Part shown: piece by piece, positions 9,440-18,957 of the stretch
Position numbering within the stretch: position 1 is the stretch's first letter
Layout: each line of letters opens with the position of its first letter
Origin: a bacterium
Lineage (GTDB): Bacteria; Pseudomonadota; Gammaproteobacteria; Pseudomonadales; Azotimanducaceae
Length of the DNA: 32,000 nt
Reading direction: 5' to 3'
NCBI GenBank assembly: GCA_047947175.1
Contig: CP170489.1
Location: forward strand, 1,251,654 to 1,283,653
Program-made: the position numbers and the translations under genes
Notes under the pieces: generated by a model
Told to the model about the DNA's origin: nothing
The model's input: the letters and a program-made list of their open reading frames with translations, nothing else
Databases searched by the model: none

Positions 9440-10903
9440 GTGAAAAGGCTGGGCGTAGGGATCGATTTCGGCACCACAAATTCCGCTGCAGCGGTTTTTG
9501 ACGGAGAAACGGTGACGCTCATTCCTCTTGAAAAAGAGGCGTTTGAAAAAGGCGCCCTGGAAACATCCACATCCCATGAGGCACCTGCGTTACAGCTCGA
9601 CAAAGATGTGGCGATCATGCCGTCTGCCACCTACATTGATCGCAATCTGCAGACCAAAACCGGTCAGGCGGCGATCGAACAGTATATCGCGGACAACACT
9701 GGTCGAACCGTAGAGCTGATTCCCGAGGTCATTGCGGAAGTCAGCCAGTTTGTAGAGCACGGAGACGGTGCGGAAAATAACGAAGTAGATACGTCGACAG
9801 AAAAAATATACGGCGCGCCGGTGACGGACAGTGGTTTGCAGGGGCGGCTGTTTCGAGGCACAAAAAGACTGTTGGGGGACTCTCGCGTGCGGCGCCTGCT
9901 GGTCTTTGATCATCCTTTCCGGTTGGTGGCTCTGATCACGCCGCTGCTCCTGCGCATGCGTCTGGCGCTGGAGGCCCAGGTCGGCAAGGTGACGTACGCA
10001 CATCTGGGCCACCCCGTCAATTTTGAAGGCAGAGACCCACACCGCAATAAGCTGGCGCTGTCGCGCCTCGGAGAAGCCTATAAATATGCCGGTGTGGCAG
10101 AACAACATTTTTATCCAGAACCCATTGCCGCCGCAGCCAGCTATCTGCACAACAATCCCGGCGTTGCCGGTGATGTCCTTCTAACGGTTGATTTTGGCGG
10201 CGGCACGCTGGATCTGTGTGTCCTGAAACGCCGCGGCGATGGATTCGATGTGGTAACGACTCACGGTATCGGGCTCGGCGGTGACCATATTGATCAGCTG
10301 CTGTTTCGTAAACTGCTGTTCCCATTGCTTGGTGAAGGCGAAATGTGGCGTCGTCCGGGCTTTGACCGTGAAGTGATTGAAACCCGTTTTCCTTTTGAAG
10401 ATTTTGCCGACCTGCTGTTGAACTGGGCAGTGACCTACACGCTGAATCAGAACAAGTACACCACACCTGTTATGGCCTGTATTGAGCAGGGCGGACCGGG
10501 TCGGCGCAAGTTTGAGCGCCTCCGGGAAGTGATCAAACATAATCTCAGTTACATGCTCTTTGCGCGCATCAAAGCATTTAAGGCAGCGCTGTCGTCCCAG
10601 GCGTCAGCCCGTCTGGATATACCGGAAATAGATGTGGACATCACTCTGACCCGTGCGGAGTTTGAAACTCTGATTGCCGAGCCGCTGCAGCAGATCAAGG
10701 ATGCCGTCGAGGTGACGTTGACTCAGGCGCAAATGGCAAGCCGGGATATCGACATTGTGTTGCGCACCGGCGGCTCCAGCTTAATCCCGGCGGTCAGAGC
10801 GCTGCTCGAGCAGCGCTTTGGGGACAAGGTTGTGGACCACGACCCCTTCACAAGCGTCGCGACCGGTCTGGCCATTGCCAGCTATCACGGGCTGCAACCT
10901 TGA
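9440..10903 (+). CDS. Hsp70-family protein, YegD-like
   Basis: It has a GTG start. The N-terminal actin-like ATPase phosphate-1 motif is GIDFGTTNSAAAV, followed by VDFGGGTLDL and a C-terminal LRTGGSSLIPAV. Overall length and layout resemble E. coli YegD rather than DnaK. Confidence 0.85.
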   Translation: MKRLGVGIDFGTTNSAAAVFDGETVTLIPLEKEAFEKGALETSTSHEAPALQLDKDVAIMPSATYIDRNLQTKTGQAAIEQYIADNTGRTVELIPEVIAEVSQFVEHGDGAENNEVDTSTEKIYGAPVTDSGLQGRLFRGTKRLLGDSRVRRLLVFDHPFRLVALITPLLLRMRLALEAQVGKVTYAHLGHPVNFEGRDPHRNKLALSRLGEAYKYAGVAEQHFYPEPIAAAASYLHNNPGVAGDVLLTVDFGGGTLDLCVLKRRGDGFDVVTTHGIGLGGDHIDQLLFRKLLFPLLGEGEMWRRPGFDREVIETRFPFEDFADLLLNWAVTYTLNQNKYTTPVMACIEQGGPGRRKFERLREVIKHNLSYMLFARIKAFKAALSSQASARLDIPEIDVDITLTRAEFETLIAEPLQQIKDAVEVTLTQAQMASRDIDIVLRTGGSSLIPAVRALLEQRFGDKVVDHDPFTSVATGLAIASYHGLQP

Positions 10904-10904
10904 G

Positions 10905-11534
10905 TCAGTCCCGGTCTACAGGTTGCCAGCCAGGGTCCAGGGTCCAGAAAAACGTTTTCAGAATCCGGTAGGTCAACCCCCACACAAAGTGACCCTGTTC
11001 CAGCCGATAGCCGTTGAAGACGGTAGGCGTGCCGGCCATTGGCTTTGTTTCAGTGTCATGCAGCTCGTTGCGCAACATGGGATGCAGCGGTGCCCAGACA
11101 ACCTCCGACACCTCATAATTGGGTGTGAATTCCGGTTCACCGGATATCTCGAACACATGCGGTGCGATGAGCATGTCCAGAGTGCGGCCTTTAGGTTGTG
11201 CCCGCTGGTGATCGAGGGCCCCGAGGTGGCTGTCTCCGGCGAGTTGCAGCCCGGTCTCTTCCCAGGTCTCACGCATCGCAGCATGCTGCAGGGACGCATC
11301 TACCGGCTCCATATGACCGCCTGGAAACGCCATATGGCCAGACCATGGATCGCCTTCTTTTATGGCACGTTTTATGAACAGCATCTGTGGGCCGAGGTCG
11401 GTTTCCCGCATGACAATAGCCACCGCTGCCTGGCGGGTTTGTGCCGCGGGGGTGACCAGCTCAGGCGTATGCTGAGCCAGGCTTTGCCGGATGTGTGTCA
11501 GATCAACCACAGATGCTTGTTGGGCCAAAAACAT
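10905..11534 (-). CDS. NUDIX hydrolase, CoA pyrophosphatase-like
   Basis: The Nudix box GGHMEPVDASLQHAAMRETWEETGL (G-x5-E-x7-REuxEExG) is preceded by LFIKRAIKEGDPWSGHMAFPGG. The ATG at 11534 (MFLAQQ...) is chosen as start. The longer ORF to 11936 would run antisense through the neighbouring thioesterase gene. Confidence 0.8.
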   Translation of the reverse strand: MFLAQQASVVDLTHIRQSLAQHTPELVTPAAQTRQAAVAIVMRETDLGPQMLFIKRAIKEGDPWSGHMAFPGGHMEPVDASLQHAAMRETWEETGLQLAGDSHLGALDHQRAQPKGRTLDMLIAPHVFEISGEPEFTPNYEVSEVVWAPLHPMLRNELHDTETKPMAGTPTVFNGYRLEQGHFVWGLTYRILKTFFWTLDPGWQPVDRD

Positions 11535-11567
11535 GCATGATACCTGAAACAAAAAACAATCAGGTGA

Positions 11568-12026
11568 ATGATGGATGATGGTGCTCAAGCGGTGGACGCA
11601 AGCCGTGCGCGTGAGTCGCTGCTGCAATCTCAGGGTAACCAGTGTTTTGTCTGTGGCCCGGGGAATCCCAACGGACTTGGGGTAACGTTTACGCTGGATG
11701 GCGACGTCTGTCGCGGCGAATTTACGCCTGCTGCCCAGCATATGGGTTACGACAAGGTCACCCACGGCGGCATTGTTTTCAGCCTGTTGGATGATGTCAT
11801 GGCCAACTGGCTCTGGTTGCAGGGCCAGCAGTGTTTTACCGCGCGCGCCGAAATCCGTTATCGGAATCAGCTGCCGATTGGCACACCAGTGCGGCTGGAA
11901 GGCCGCTGTCTGAAACGCAAGAGCCGGCTGGCACAAATGCAGGGGCTGGTGATAAATGCCGCCGACGGCACAATCTACGCTGAAGCGTCCGCCGCCTTTA
12001 TGATTCCACCTGGGCAGGGGAACTGA
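11568..12026 (+). CDS. PaaI-family (hotdog-fold) thioesterase
   Basis: NQCFVCGPGNPNGLGVTF...THGGIVFSLLDDVMANW...RAEIRYRNQLPIG is the typical pattern of hotdog thioesterases with an N-terminal CxxC-like motif. The start could shift by a few codons. Confidence 0.72.
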   Translation: MMDDGAQAVDASRARESLLQSQGNQCFVCGPGNPNGLGVTFTLDGDVCRGEFTPAAQHMGYDKVTHGGIVFSLLDDVMANWLWLQGQQCFTARAEIRYRNQLPIGTPVRLEGRCLKRKSRLAQMQGLVINAADGTIYAEASAAFMIPPGQGN

Positions 12027-12028
12027 TC

Positions 12029-12418
12029 GTGGCGTATGTCACCCTTGTGGTCATGGTTGCCCTGGCGGAATATTTGTATTTTGGCGTTGCAGTCGGGCGC
12101 GCCCGGGCACGCCACGGTGTGGCCGCGCCAGCTGTTACCGGCGACGAGAAGTTTGAGCGCTTTCATCGCGCGCATCAGAATACCCTGGAGCAGCTGGTGG
12201 TATTTGTGCCCGCGGTTTATGCAGCAGGTTATTTTGCAAACCAGTGGCTGGCAGTGGGGATGGGCGTGGTGTTTGTAATTGCCCGCGCGCACTATTTCCG
12301 TAGCTACATAGCCGACCCTGCCCGCCGCGGGGCAGGCATGATCGGCAGTATGTTCGCGGTGGTGACCCTGCTGGCTGCTGCGATGGTTGGCGCTGTGCGT
12401 TACGCGCTCGCCGGGTAG
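12029..12418 (+). CDS. MAPEG-family membrane protein
   Basis: 129 aa with a GTG start and hydrophobic helices. It contains the motif FERFHRAHQNTLEQLVVF typical of MAPEG/microsomal GST-like proteins. Its 3' end overlaps the convergent hydrolase fragment. Confidence 0.78.
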   Translation: MAYVTLVVMVALAEYLYFGVAVGRARARHGVAAPAVTGDEKFERFHRAHQNTLEQLVVFVPAVYAAGYFANQWLAVGMGVVFVIARAHYFRSYIADPARRGAGMIGSMFAVVTLLAAAMVGAVRYALAG

Positions 12419-12729
12419 TGGCGCTGTAACCAATCCAGCATGGCGGCATTGGTGGCCGCAGGTTGCTCCTGCTGTATCCAGTGCCCGCAAGGCAGATGCA
12501 CAACTTCCAGGTTGCTGACAAATTTGTTCAGTGTTGGTGAGCTGGGCACCATATCGTGCTCGCCGTAGATCATCAGCGTTGGCTGATGAACGTGTTGTTC
12601 ATATGCACCTGTTATTTCCCAGTTACGTGAAAAGTTGCGGTACCAGTTGATTCCGCCGGTAAAGCCTGAATGCGCAAATGCCTTGCTGAATACCTCCAGT
12701 TCTGCGTCACTCATCAGCGCATCAGCCGG
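12395..12729. repeat. Left copy of ~335-bp direct repeat flanking the CRISPR-Cas insertion
   Basis: It aligns gap-free at a constant offset of 16010 nt with 28405-28739. I counted 6 mismatches by eye. It covers the MAPEG tail plus the hydrolase 3' end. Confidence 0.9.
12400..12729 (-). pseudogene. 3' fragment (about 110 codons) of the alpha/beta hydrolase gene; duplicate of 28410-28739
   Basis: The translation ...PADALMSDAELEVFSKAFAHSGFTGGINWYRNFSRNWEITGAYEQHVHQPTLMIYGEHDMVPS...GHWIQQEQPAATNAAMLDWLQRHYPASA is near-identical to the C-terminus of the intact 316-aa gene at 28410-29360. It has no N-terminal catalytic part. The MHIN start of the tracked ORF is fortuitous. Confidence 0.88.
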
Positions 12730-13000
12730 GTTAATGTGCAAATAGAATGATTGTTATGGATCTCATATGGTGCTTAATCAACCGGTTCAGCCTTCTGATT
12801 AGAGGTACCAAAACTGGTTTCCCCACCATCCTCAGATTTACTCATTCCAACTCAGCTTGCGTCAATGCCAGCTTGAGTTGTTACCGAATCTGGCGTTTGA
12901 AGAAATCTGAAGTAAGCAGAGTGCCTTGCTGAAATTGGTATGTCGAGAATCGGTAAAGCAAAAAAGAGCACGCTTGCGATGTTAGGCACAATGCTCTCAA

Positions 13001-16000
13001 TTTTTGAGCTGTCTGTGCGGCAGTGAACTGGGCTATGCGCCAATTAGTTTGTATTGCCTATTTCTAAGCTGCCCATGCGGCAGTGAACACTAACGATTGT
13101 GTTACGAGAATAATCTCTGTTTTCTAAGCTGCCTGTGCGGCAGTGAACGGGCGCACAGATACGCTTACAGCGCCTATATTTTTCTAAGCTGCCTGTGCGG
13201 CAGTGAACATTGTAACCCTGAGGCAACATCAGACGGGGCATTTCTAAGCTGCCTGTGCGGCAGTGAACGTCCCGATGCCTGGCTTTTCAATCCGTGGACA
13301 TTTCTAAGCTGCCTGTGCGGCAGTGAACGACAGCCATAACATAGGGCTTCAGCGTTTAAATTTCTAAGCTGCCTGTGCGGCAGTGAACGCTTGTCGCTAA
13401 AGCAAGTAAGTTTTTCGAAATTTCTAAGCTGCCTGTGCGGCAGTGAACGACACCTACTTTGCCGCCCGATTCATTATCTCTTTCTAAGCTGCCTGTGCGG
13501 CAGTGAACTTCGCGCTGTGCGACCACCTGGTTTGGTGGCTTTTCTAAGCTGCCTGTGCGGCAGTGAACACAAAGAATTCGAGGACTTTATTGACAGTGTT
13601 TTTCTAAGCTGCCTGTGCGGCAGTGAACGTTAGTCGTGTAATTTGAGGCTTTGATGATTCTTTCTAAGCTGCCTGTGCGGCAGTGAACTTTAGTCAACCA
13701 TGCCGCGCCACGCGGATTAGTTTCTAAGCTGCCTGTGCGGCAGTGAACATATTGCAACGGCATTCCCGTATTCGATCAATTTTCTAAGCTGCCTGTGCGG
13801 CAGTGAACGTTTCTCTGCAGCCAGTGCAGCCTCAACACCATTTCTAAGCTGCCTGTGCGGCAGTGAACGCAAATAGATACCCAACACGCACGGCCTTGAT
13901 TTTCTAAGCTGCCTGTGCGGCAGTGAACTTCATCGACCATGACCTGAATTTCATTTGTCATTTCTAAGCTGCCTGTGCGGCAGTGAACGCTTGTATGACC
14001 GCATCACTGTCTCGATAGATTTTCTAAGCTGCCTGTGCGGCAGTGAACCAGGGAGTTCCAGGCCGCTGGCTATGATTTTCTTTCTAAGCTGCCTGTGCGG
14101 CAGTGAACGTGAGTACCAATCAGGCTACCGCATAAGCTCTATTTCTAAGCTGCCTGTGCGGCAGTGAACGTCTAAGTCACTCATCCCTGTTCTCCTGTGG
14201 TTTTCTAAGCTGCCTGTGCGGCAGTGAACCAAGAGATAAAGGACCCTCAGCCACCACAGGATTTCTAAGCTGCCTGTGCGGCAGTGAACGCATTGAACCA
14301 TACCGTCAACAGCAGACTCTTTTTCTAAGCTGCCTGTGCGGCAGTGAACTTGTACAGCCTGACCACTCAGTCCAATGAGGTTTTCTAAGCTGCCTGTGCG
14401 GCAGTGAACGCGCGGAAGGGCATGCAAGCGAATATTTCGGCTTTCTAAGCTGCCTGTGCGGCAGTGAACGCTAGAAGTGTTTCCGCGTCTTGAGGCTGTA
14501 TTTTCTAAGCTGCCTGTGCGGCAGTGAACTGGGTGATTGGCTTTATCACATTCCGAACGGTTTTCTAAGCTGCCTGTGCGGCAGTGAACATCTGCCGTTC
14601 GCACTCCCTAGCTGCCGCTGTTTTCTAAGCTGCCTGTGCGGCAGTGAACTCATGGCCGAGAAGCGCAAAGAGGCCGTGGATTTTCTAAGCTGCCTGTGCG
14701 GCAGTGAACCTCGACCAGCCGTGTCATGCAGATGTGTTGCTTTTCTAAGCTGCCTGTGCGGCAGTGAACTTTTTGGTTGGCGACCCTGCCCACGTTTGTA
14801 TTTTCTAAGCTGCCTGTGCGGCAGTGAACTTGACACCGCTCAAGTTGGCATCGCTCAAGTATTTCTAAGCTGCCTGTGCGGCAGTGAACTGTTTTCTACA
14901 TATGGCAAGGCATATCTGGATTTTCTAAGCTGCCTGTGCGGCAGTGAACTGAAGCCATCGCCAAGCCCAAACCTATTACAATTTCTAAGCTGCCTGTGCG
15001 GCAGTGAACGCAGCACCCCCACGGTTTGCTATCTGCTCGGATTTCTAAGCTGCCTGTGCGGCAGTGAACGCGATGAGGGTGGCTGTAGGCTCGCTGCGAA
15101 TTTTCTAAGCTGCCTGTGCGGCAGTGAACTTTGGGTCGCTATGAAAGTAAGAGAACAACAATTTCTAAGCTGCCTGTGCGGCAGTGAACGATGATGATTT
15201 TCAGGCGTGGACGCGCCTGCATTTCTAAGCTGCCTGTGCGGCAGTGAACATGTACGTGTCGACGTTTGCGGCCGTGATCCATTTCTAAGCTGCCTGTGCG
15301 GCAGTGAACGTGTAGATCGCCGCTTTCGCAATGGCAACCGTTTTCTAAGCTGCCTGTGCGGCAGTGAACGCAGATCCTCAAAGCGTTTTTTTCAATTGGT
15401 TTTCTAAGCTGCCTGTGCGGCAGTGAACGGTGTGGTCAACAGGTACCTGCGCGCTGTGGTTTTCTAAGCTGCCTGTGCGGCAGTGAACGACGGTAGGCCG
15501 CGAGATTCATATCGTGGATTTTTCTAAGCTGCCTGTGCGGCAGTGAACGAAGCGGAAGAATGCAACGAAATCATCGCTTTTTTCTAAGCTGCCTGTGCGG
15601 CAGTGAACACACCGTAACCATCTTGCTCGCTGTCGCGCCATTTCTAAGCTGCCTGTGCGGCAGTGAACGTAGGTGTCCACTCATTAAAATCACTCATCAC
15701 TTTCTAAGCTGCCTGTGCGGCAGTGAACATCTCGCGCTCTATTCTAGCTACCGCGTCAACTTTCTAAGCTGCCTGTGCGGCAGTGAACTAACCCTTGTGC
15801 AATGTACGTGCATTTAATAATTTCTAAGCTGCCTGTGCGGCAGTGAACGCTCAGCGTATCTGCTTAATACGGCTGCAAGATTTCTAAGCTGCCTGTGCGG
15901 CAGTGAACGGTATCCCGCAGCTATCAGGATCTCCTTGCTATTTCTAAGCTGCCTGTGCGGCAGTGAACATAAGCCTGCTGCAAAGCTTGGTAGACCAAAA

Positions 16001-16688
16001 TTTCTAAGCTGCCTGTGCGGCAGTGAACTCCACGATAACGAATTCCATAACGTTCAATTTTTTCTAAGCTGCCTGTGCGGCAGTGAACACCTCGCCCCAG
16101 TCCTTATGGTAAAGCCTGCGTTTCTAAGCTGCCTGTGCGGCAGTGAACCATTACACAGATGATGACTGGGCCATAGTTGATTTCTAAGCTGCCTGTGCGG
16201 CAGTGAACGCCAAGTGTTTTTTAGTCCTGCCTCTGGGGTATTTCTAAGCTGCCTGTGCGGCAGTGAACGCGCACAACGTAGAGCCGCACATTAGAAAGAA
16301 TTTCTAAGCTGCCTGTGCGGCAGTGAACTGAATCGTTTTTTCTTATTGTTGGCCTTAATATTTCTAAGCTGCCTGTGCGGCAGTGAACCTTTGTGGCTGG
16401 CACATCGGTAGTCGGTGACATTTCTAAGCTGCCTGTGCGGCAGTGAACGCCTTTTGGGTGCCCCATTATCTCTCTATGTATTTCTAAGCTGCCTGTGCGG
16501 CAGTGAACTAAGCAGTGGTTGGCGCGGTTTTCACAATGAATTTCTAAGCTGCCTGTGCGGCAGTGAACATGCGCGACCTGAACCTGGTGGTGCGGTTGTT
16601 TTTCTAAGCTGCCTGTGCGGCAGTGAACTTAATGGCGTTTATCATCGTTCGCGGCCTTTCTTTCTAAGCTGCCTGTGCGGCAGTGAAC
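13001..16688 (-). CRISPR. Type I-F CRISPR array, 62 repeats / 61 spacers
   Basis: The 28-nt repeat GTTCACTGCCGCACAGGCAGCTTAGAAA (minus strand) is the I-F consensus type. Period is 60 nt. There are 59 spacers of 32 nt, one of 33 nt (14109-14141) and one of 31 nt (15370-15400). The two repeats at the 13001 end are degenerate (13001-13028 with 3 mismatches, 13061-13088 with 2), which marks the trailer. The cas operon and an AT-rich leader lie on the 16689 side. Confidence 0.98.
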
Positions 16689-16859
16689 TGCAGTATAAGC
16701 CACAAAAACGTTGCGATAACAAAGGCTTAGCGCAATATTCCACGTTTTACCAATGAAAGCTTGGTTAGTTCTAACCGATTGATTTCTAATTAGTATTTTG
16801 AACAGCAAAAAAGATTGGTGTTCCAACACTCCCCGATAGCACCTTATGGCTACCTCGCT
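16689..16859 (-). promoter_or_regulatory. CRISPR leader (AT-rich) with IHF-consensus-like site
   Basis: This 171-nt AT-rich non-coding stretch abuts the non-degenerate end of the array. The minus strand at 16772-16784 reads AATCAATCGGTTA, matching WATCAANNNNTTR. It overlaps the palindrome GGTTAGTTCTAACC (16763-16776). Confidence 0.55.
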
Positions 16860-18257
16860 TTAGGTCTCGCCCAAACAGGACTGTATGAAACGCGGCGCCT
16901 GCCCAACCAGATACAGCGGAAGCGAGAGCAGTTCATACTCTAATGCCGTTCCATCAGTCAATTTTTTGTTGTCAATCCACAAACTGGGGACATCTGCATT
17001 AAACCGCAATGCGAAATGACGCTGTTTTTCCTTTAAAAACTGGTGCAGTGATTTCAGTGTGCCTGTCGTGCCCGCTTTGATTTCCACCGGCACTACGTGC
17101 CGACCGCTGGTTAGCAGGTAATCTACTTCTGCCGCTGCGCTTTTTGCCTCTCGCACCCAGTAATAGAGCATCGGCAGATCAAAATACGGACCACTGTAGA
17201 GTAACTGCTGCCCGATAAACTGCTCGGCAAGTTCACCATTGTTCACCAGGCATAGATCCTCTTTGCTGATATCTAACACATTGAGGTTGAGCGCAGCACA
17301 CATGAGACCAACGTCCATATACAGGGTTTTGAACACGCGGGGATTGGCCTCGGCCCCTAGAGGGATTCCATTAGCGGATGAATGAATCACTCTGGCAGCA
17401 ACCCGCGCCATGCACAATTGCTGCAATGCCGCCTCTAGTTCCGCTGCGCGATGGTCGCGACTGATCTGTGCATACTTGAATTTTCGACCTACCATGCGCG
17501 GCAGACGGTCAAATACCAACTGCACGCGGTACTTTAGGGTGCCCTGGCTGTATTTGTTGAAGTCATCGCGATAGGTGGCCACGATACTGTGATGCACGTG
17601 GGCGACATCAGCAAAATCGCCCGATTGCACATAGCTGGCCACCGCCTCTGGCAGACCACCCACGATCCAGAACTGTTTCAGCAAAGAGAGACTCTTTTCG
17701 TGCACAACCCTGGGTAAGCGTTGCGCGCGAATATCCTCCAATGAGAGTTGTTGCAGGTAATGCACCAGTTCCAGCTGCCCCATGGCCTCAGCAAAATCTT
17801 CAAATTGCATGGGCCCTAGGTGCAAGTATTCGACACGGCCGACCGGCATGGAGAACTGAGCCTCCTCGAGCGCAAACTCCAGCAAGGAACCTGCGGCCAG
17901 TACATGTAGATCTGGCGTCTCCTCATAGAAGTAACGCAGGGTGGTCAATGCCTCTGGCGCAGCCTGGATCTCATCGAGGAACAGCAGAGTAGTGCCGGGT
18001 ACGATCTTAGCGCCGGTCAGCAGCTTCAGGACAGCTTGGACTTGCACCGGATCCTTACTGGTGAACGCCTCGCTGTACTCGGGATTGCGCTCGAAGTTAA
18101 TCTCAAGCAATGAGAGGCCGCTGGTCTCTGCAAACTGCCGCACCAACGTTGACTTACCCACCTGCCGCGCACCTCTGATAATCAAAGGCTTGCGGGGAGT
18201 CCGTGCAGCCCAATTGATCAGATGGGCCAGTTCTCTACGATTGAGTAATTGAGCCAT
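16860..18257 (-). CDS. AAA+ ATPase with C-terminal PD-(D/E)xK-like module (AAA_14/DUF4143-type architecture as I recall it), 465 aa
   Basis: Walker A is GARQVGKST (aa 29-37) and Walker B-like is LLFLDEIQ. The C-terminus EVDYLLTSGRHVVPVEIKAG reads as a D...ExK nuclease core. It lies on the same strand as the cas genes, between cas6f and the leader. Confidence 0.82.
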   Translation of the reverse strand: MAQLLNRRELAHLINWAARTPRKPLIIRGARQVGKSTLVRQFAETSGLSLLEINFERNPEYSEAFTSKDPVQVQAVLKLLTGAKIVPGTTLLFLDEIQAAPEALTTLRYFYEETPDLHVLAAGSLLEFALEEAQFSMPVGRVEYLHLGPMQFEDFAEAMGQLELVHYLQQLSLEDIRAQRLPRVVHEKSLSLLKQFWIVGGLPEAVASYVQSGDFADVAHVHHSIVATYRDDFNKYSQGTLKYRVQLVFDRLPRMVGRKFKYAQISRDHRAAELEAALQQLCMARVAARVIHSSANGIPLGAEANPRVFKTLYMDVGLMCAALNLNVLDISKEDLCLVNNGELAEQFIGQQLLYSGPYFDLPMLYYWVREAKSAAAEVDYLLTSGRHVVPVEIKAGTTGTLKSLHQFLKEKQRHFALRFNADVPSLWIDNKKLTDGTALEYELLSLPLYLVGQAPRFIQSCLGET

Positions 18258-18301
18258 GGTTGTATTTACCTAGTGCTAAAGCTGGGAAAATACGACTTGA
18301 A

Positions 18302-18329
18302 TTGATATTTTACAACCTTGTTATGTCAA
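18302..18329 (-). promoter_or_regulatory. Candidate sigma70 promoter for the ATPase gene
   Basis: On the minus strand, TTGACA (18329-18324), a 16-nt spacer and TATCAA (18307-18302). It sits in the 145-nt AT-rich gap between the cas6f stop and the ATPase ATG. This is a sequence match only. Confidence 0.35.
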
Positions 18330-18402
18330 TATTTTATATATTTAACAGCCTTATTTAACCAAGGGATGCACGTTGGACAATATTTTGGCCCTGCAGCCGG
18401 AT

Positions 18403-18954
18403 CTAAAACCATGGAATCGTTGCGATTTTCGAAAGACCAAACTGATCAAAAGTGCCTTCAACAGGATTATCCAGCAATGGCCCAAATTCTAGATAGCGGC
18501 GATGCCTATGGCCATTTGAGCCGCTTTTCAACTCAATGTAGGGGTTATCCAGACCCTTATTGAACATCTTGGCTTTGTATGCGTTGACTTGATCTCCTGT
18601 GATTGTTCCCCGCTTTAGCAAACGATTTAACTTGGCGTTGCTCATAGTTGTTTGCTTGCGGGAAACAACACGAAATTTTGCACCTGTAGGCACAAGCTCT
18701 ATATTGCTCGGTTCACAATACTCCCTCATCCCTCCTATCCAGTTAAGACTTTGGAGTTTGCCCAATGCTTCTGCGGTACCGTGGATACGCATCAGGTCGC
18801 CAAGCGTTTTCTTATACCTTGGGAAACTAACACCAATACTTACGGAGTGTAGATGGCAAAGGGCTTTGTGAGCTTTGCTAAAGACCGCATTCATCAATAT
18901 TGTTGAATTGAATTCTGGGTCAGGCTTAAGTCGAATATCAATGTAGTAGTCCAT
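18403..18954 (-). CDS. cas6f: Cas6f (Csy4) crRNA endoribonuclease
   Basis: MDYYIDIRLKPDPEFNSTILMNAVFSKAHKAL...IGVSFP... is collinear with Pseudomonas Csy4 (MDHYLDIRLRPDPEF...). It is the last gene of the csy operon. Confidence 0.95.
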   Translation of the reverse strand: MDYYIDIRLKPDPEFNSTILMNAVFSKAHKALCHLHSVSIGVSFPRYKKTLGDLMRIHGTAEALGKLQSLNWIGGMREYCEPSNIELVPTGAKFRVVSRKQTTMSNAKLNRLLKRGTITGDQVNAYKAKMFNKGLDNPYIELKSGSNGHRHRRYLEFGPLLDNPVEGTFDQFGLSKIATIPWF

Positions 18955-18957
18955 GGC

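Noticed and set aside
12400-12741. A 113-aa ORF that looks like a small stand-alone alpha/beta hydrolase gene.
   Set aside because: It is the duplicated 3' end of the gene at 28410-29360. It lacks the HGWP and GHDWG catalytic parts. Its Met start lies in island-derived sequence just past the repeat boundary.
12849-12997. Two imperfect inverted repeats in the array trailer: AACTCAGCT...AGCTTGAGTT at 12849-12879, and AGAGCA...TGCTCT at about 12965-12997.
   Set aside because: The stems are short or bulged with long loops. No T-run follows on either strand. The evidence is insufficient to call a terminator or a transposon end.
13044-16829. About twenty tracked ORFs with periodic peptides (FLSCLCGSE..., VHCRTGSLE..., SLPHRQLRK...).
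   Set aside because: They are translations of the 28-nt CRISPR repeat in different frames and strands, with a period of 60 nt (20 codons). They are artefacts of the array, not repeat proteins.
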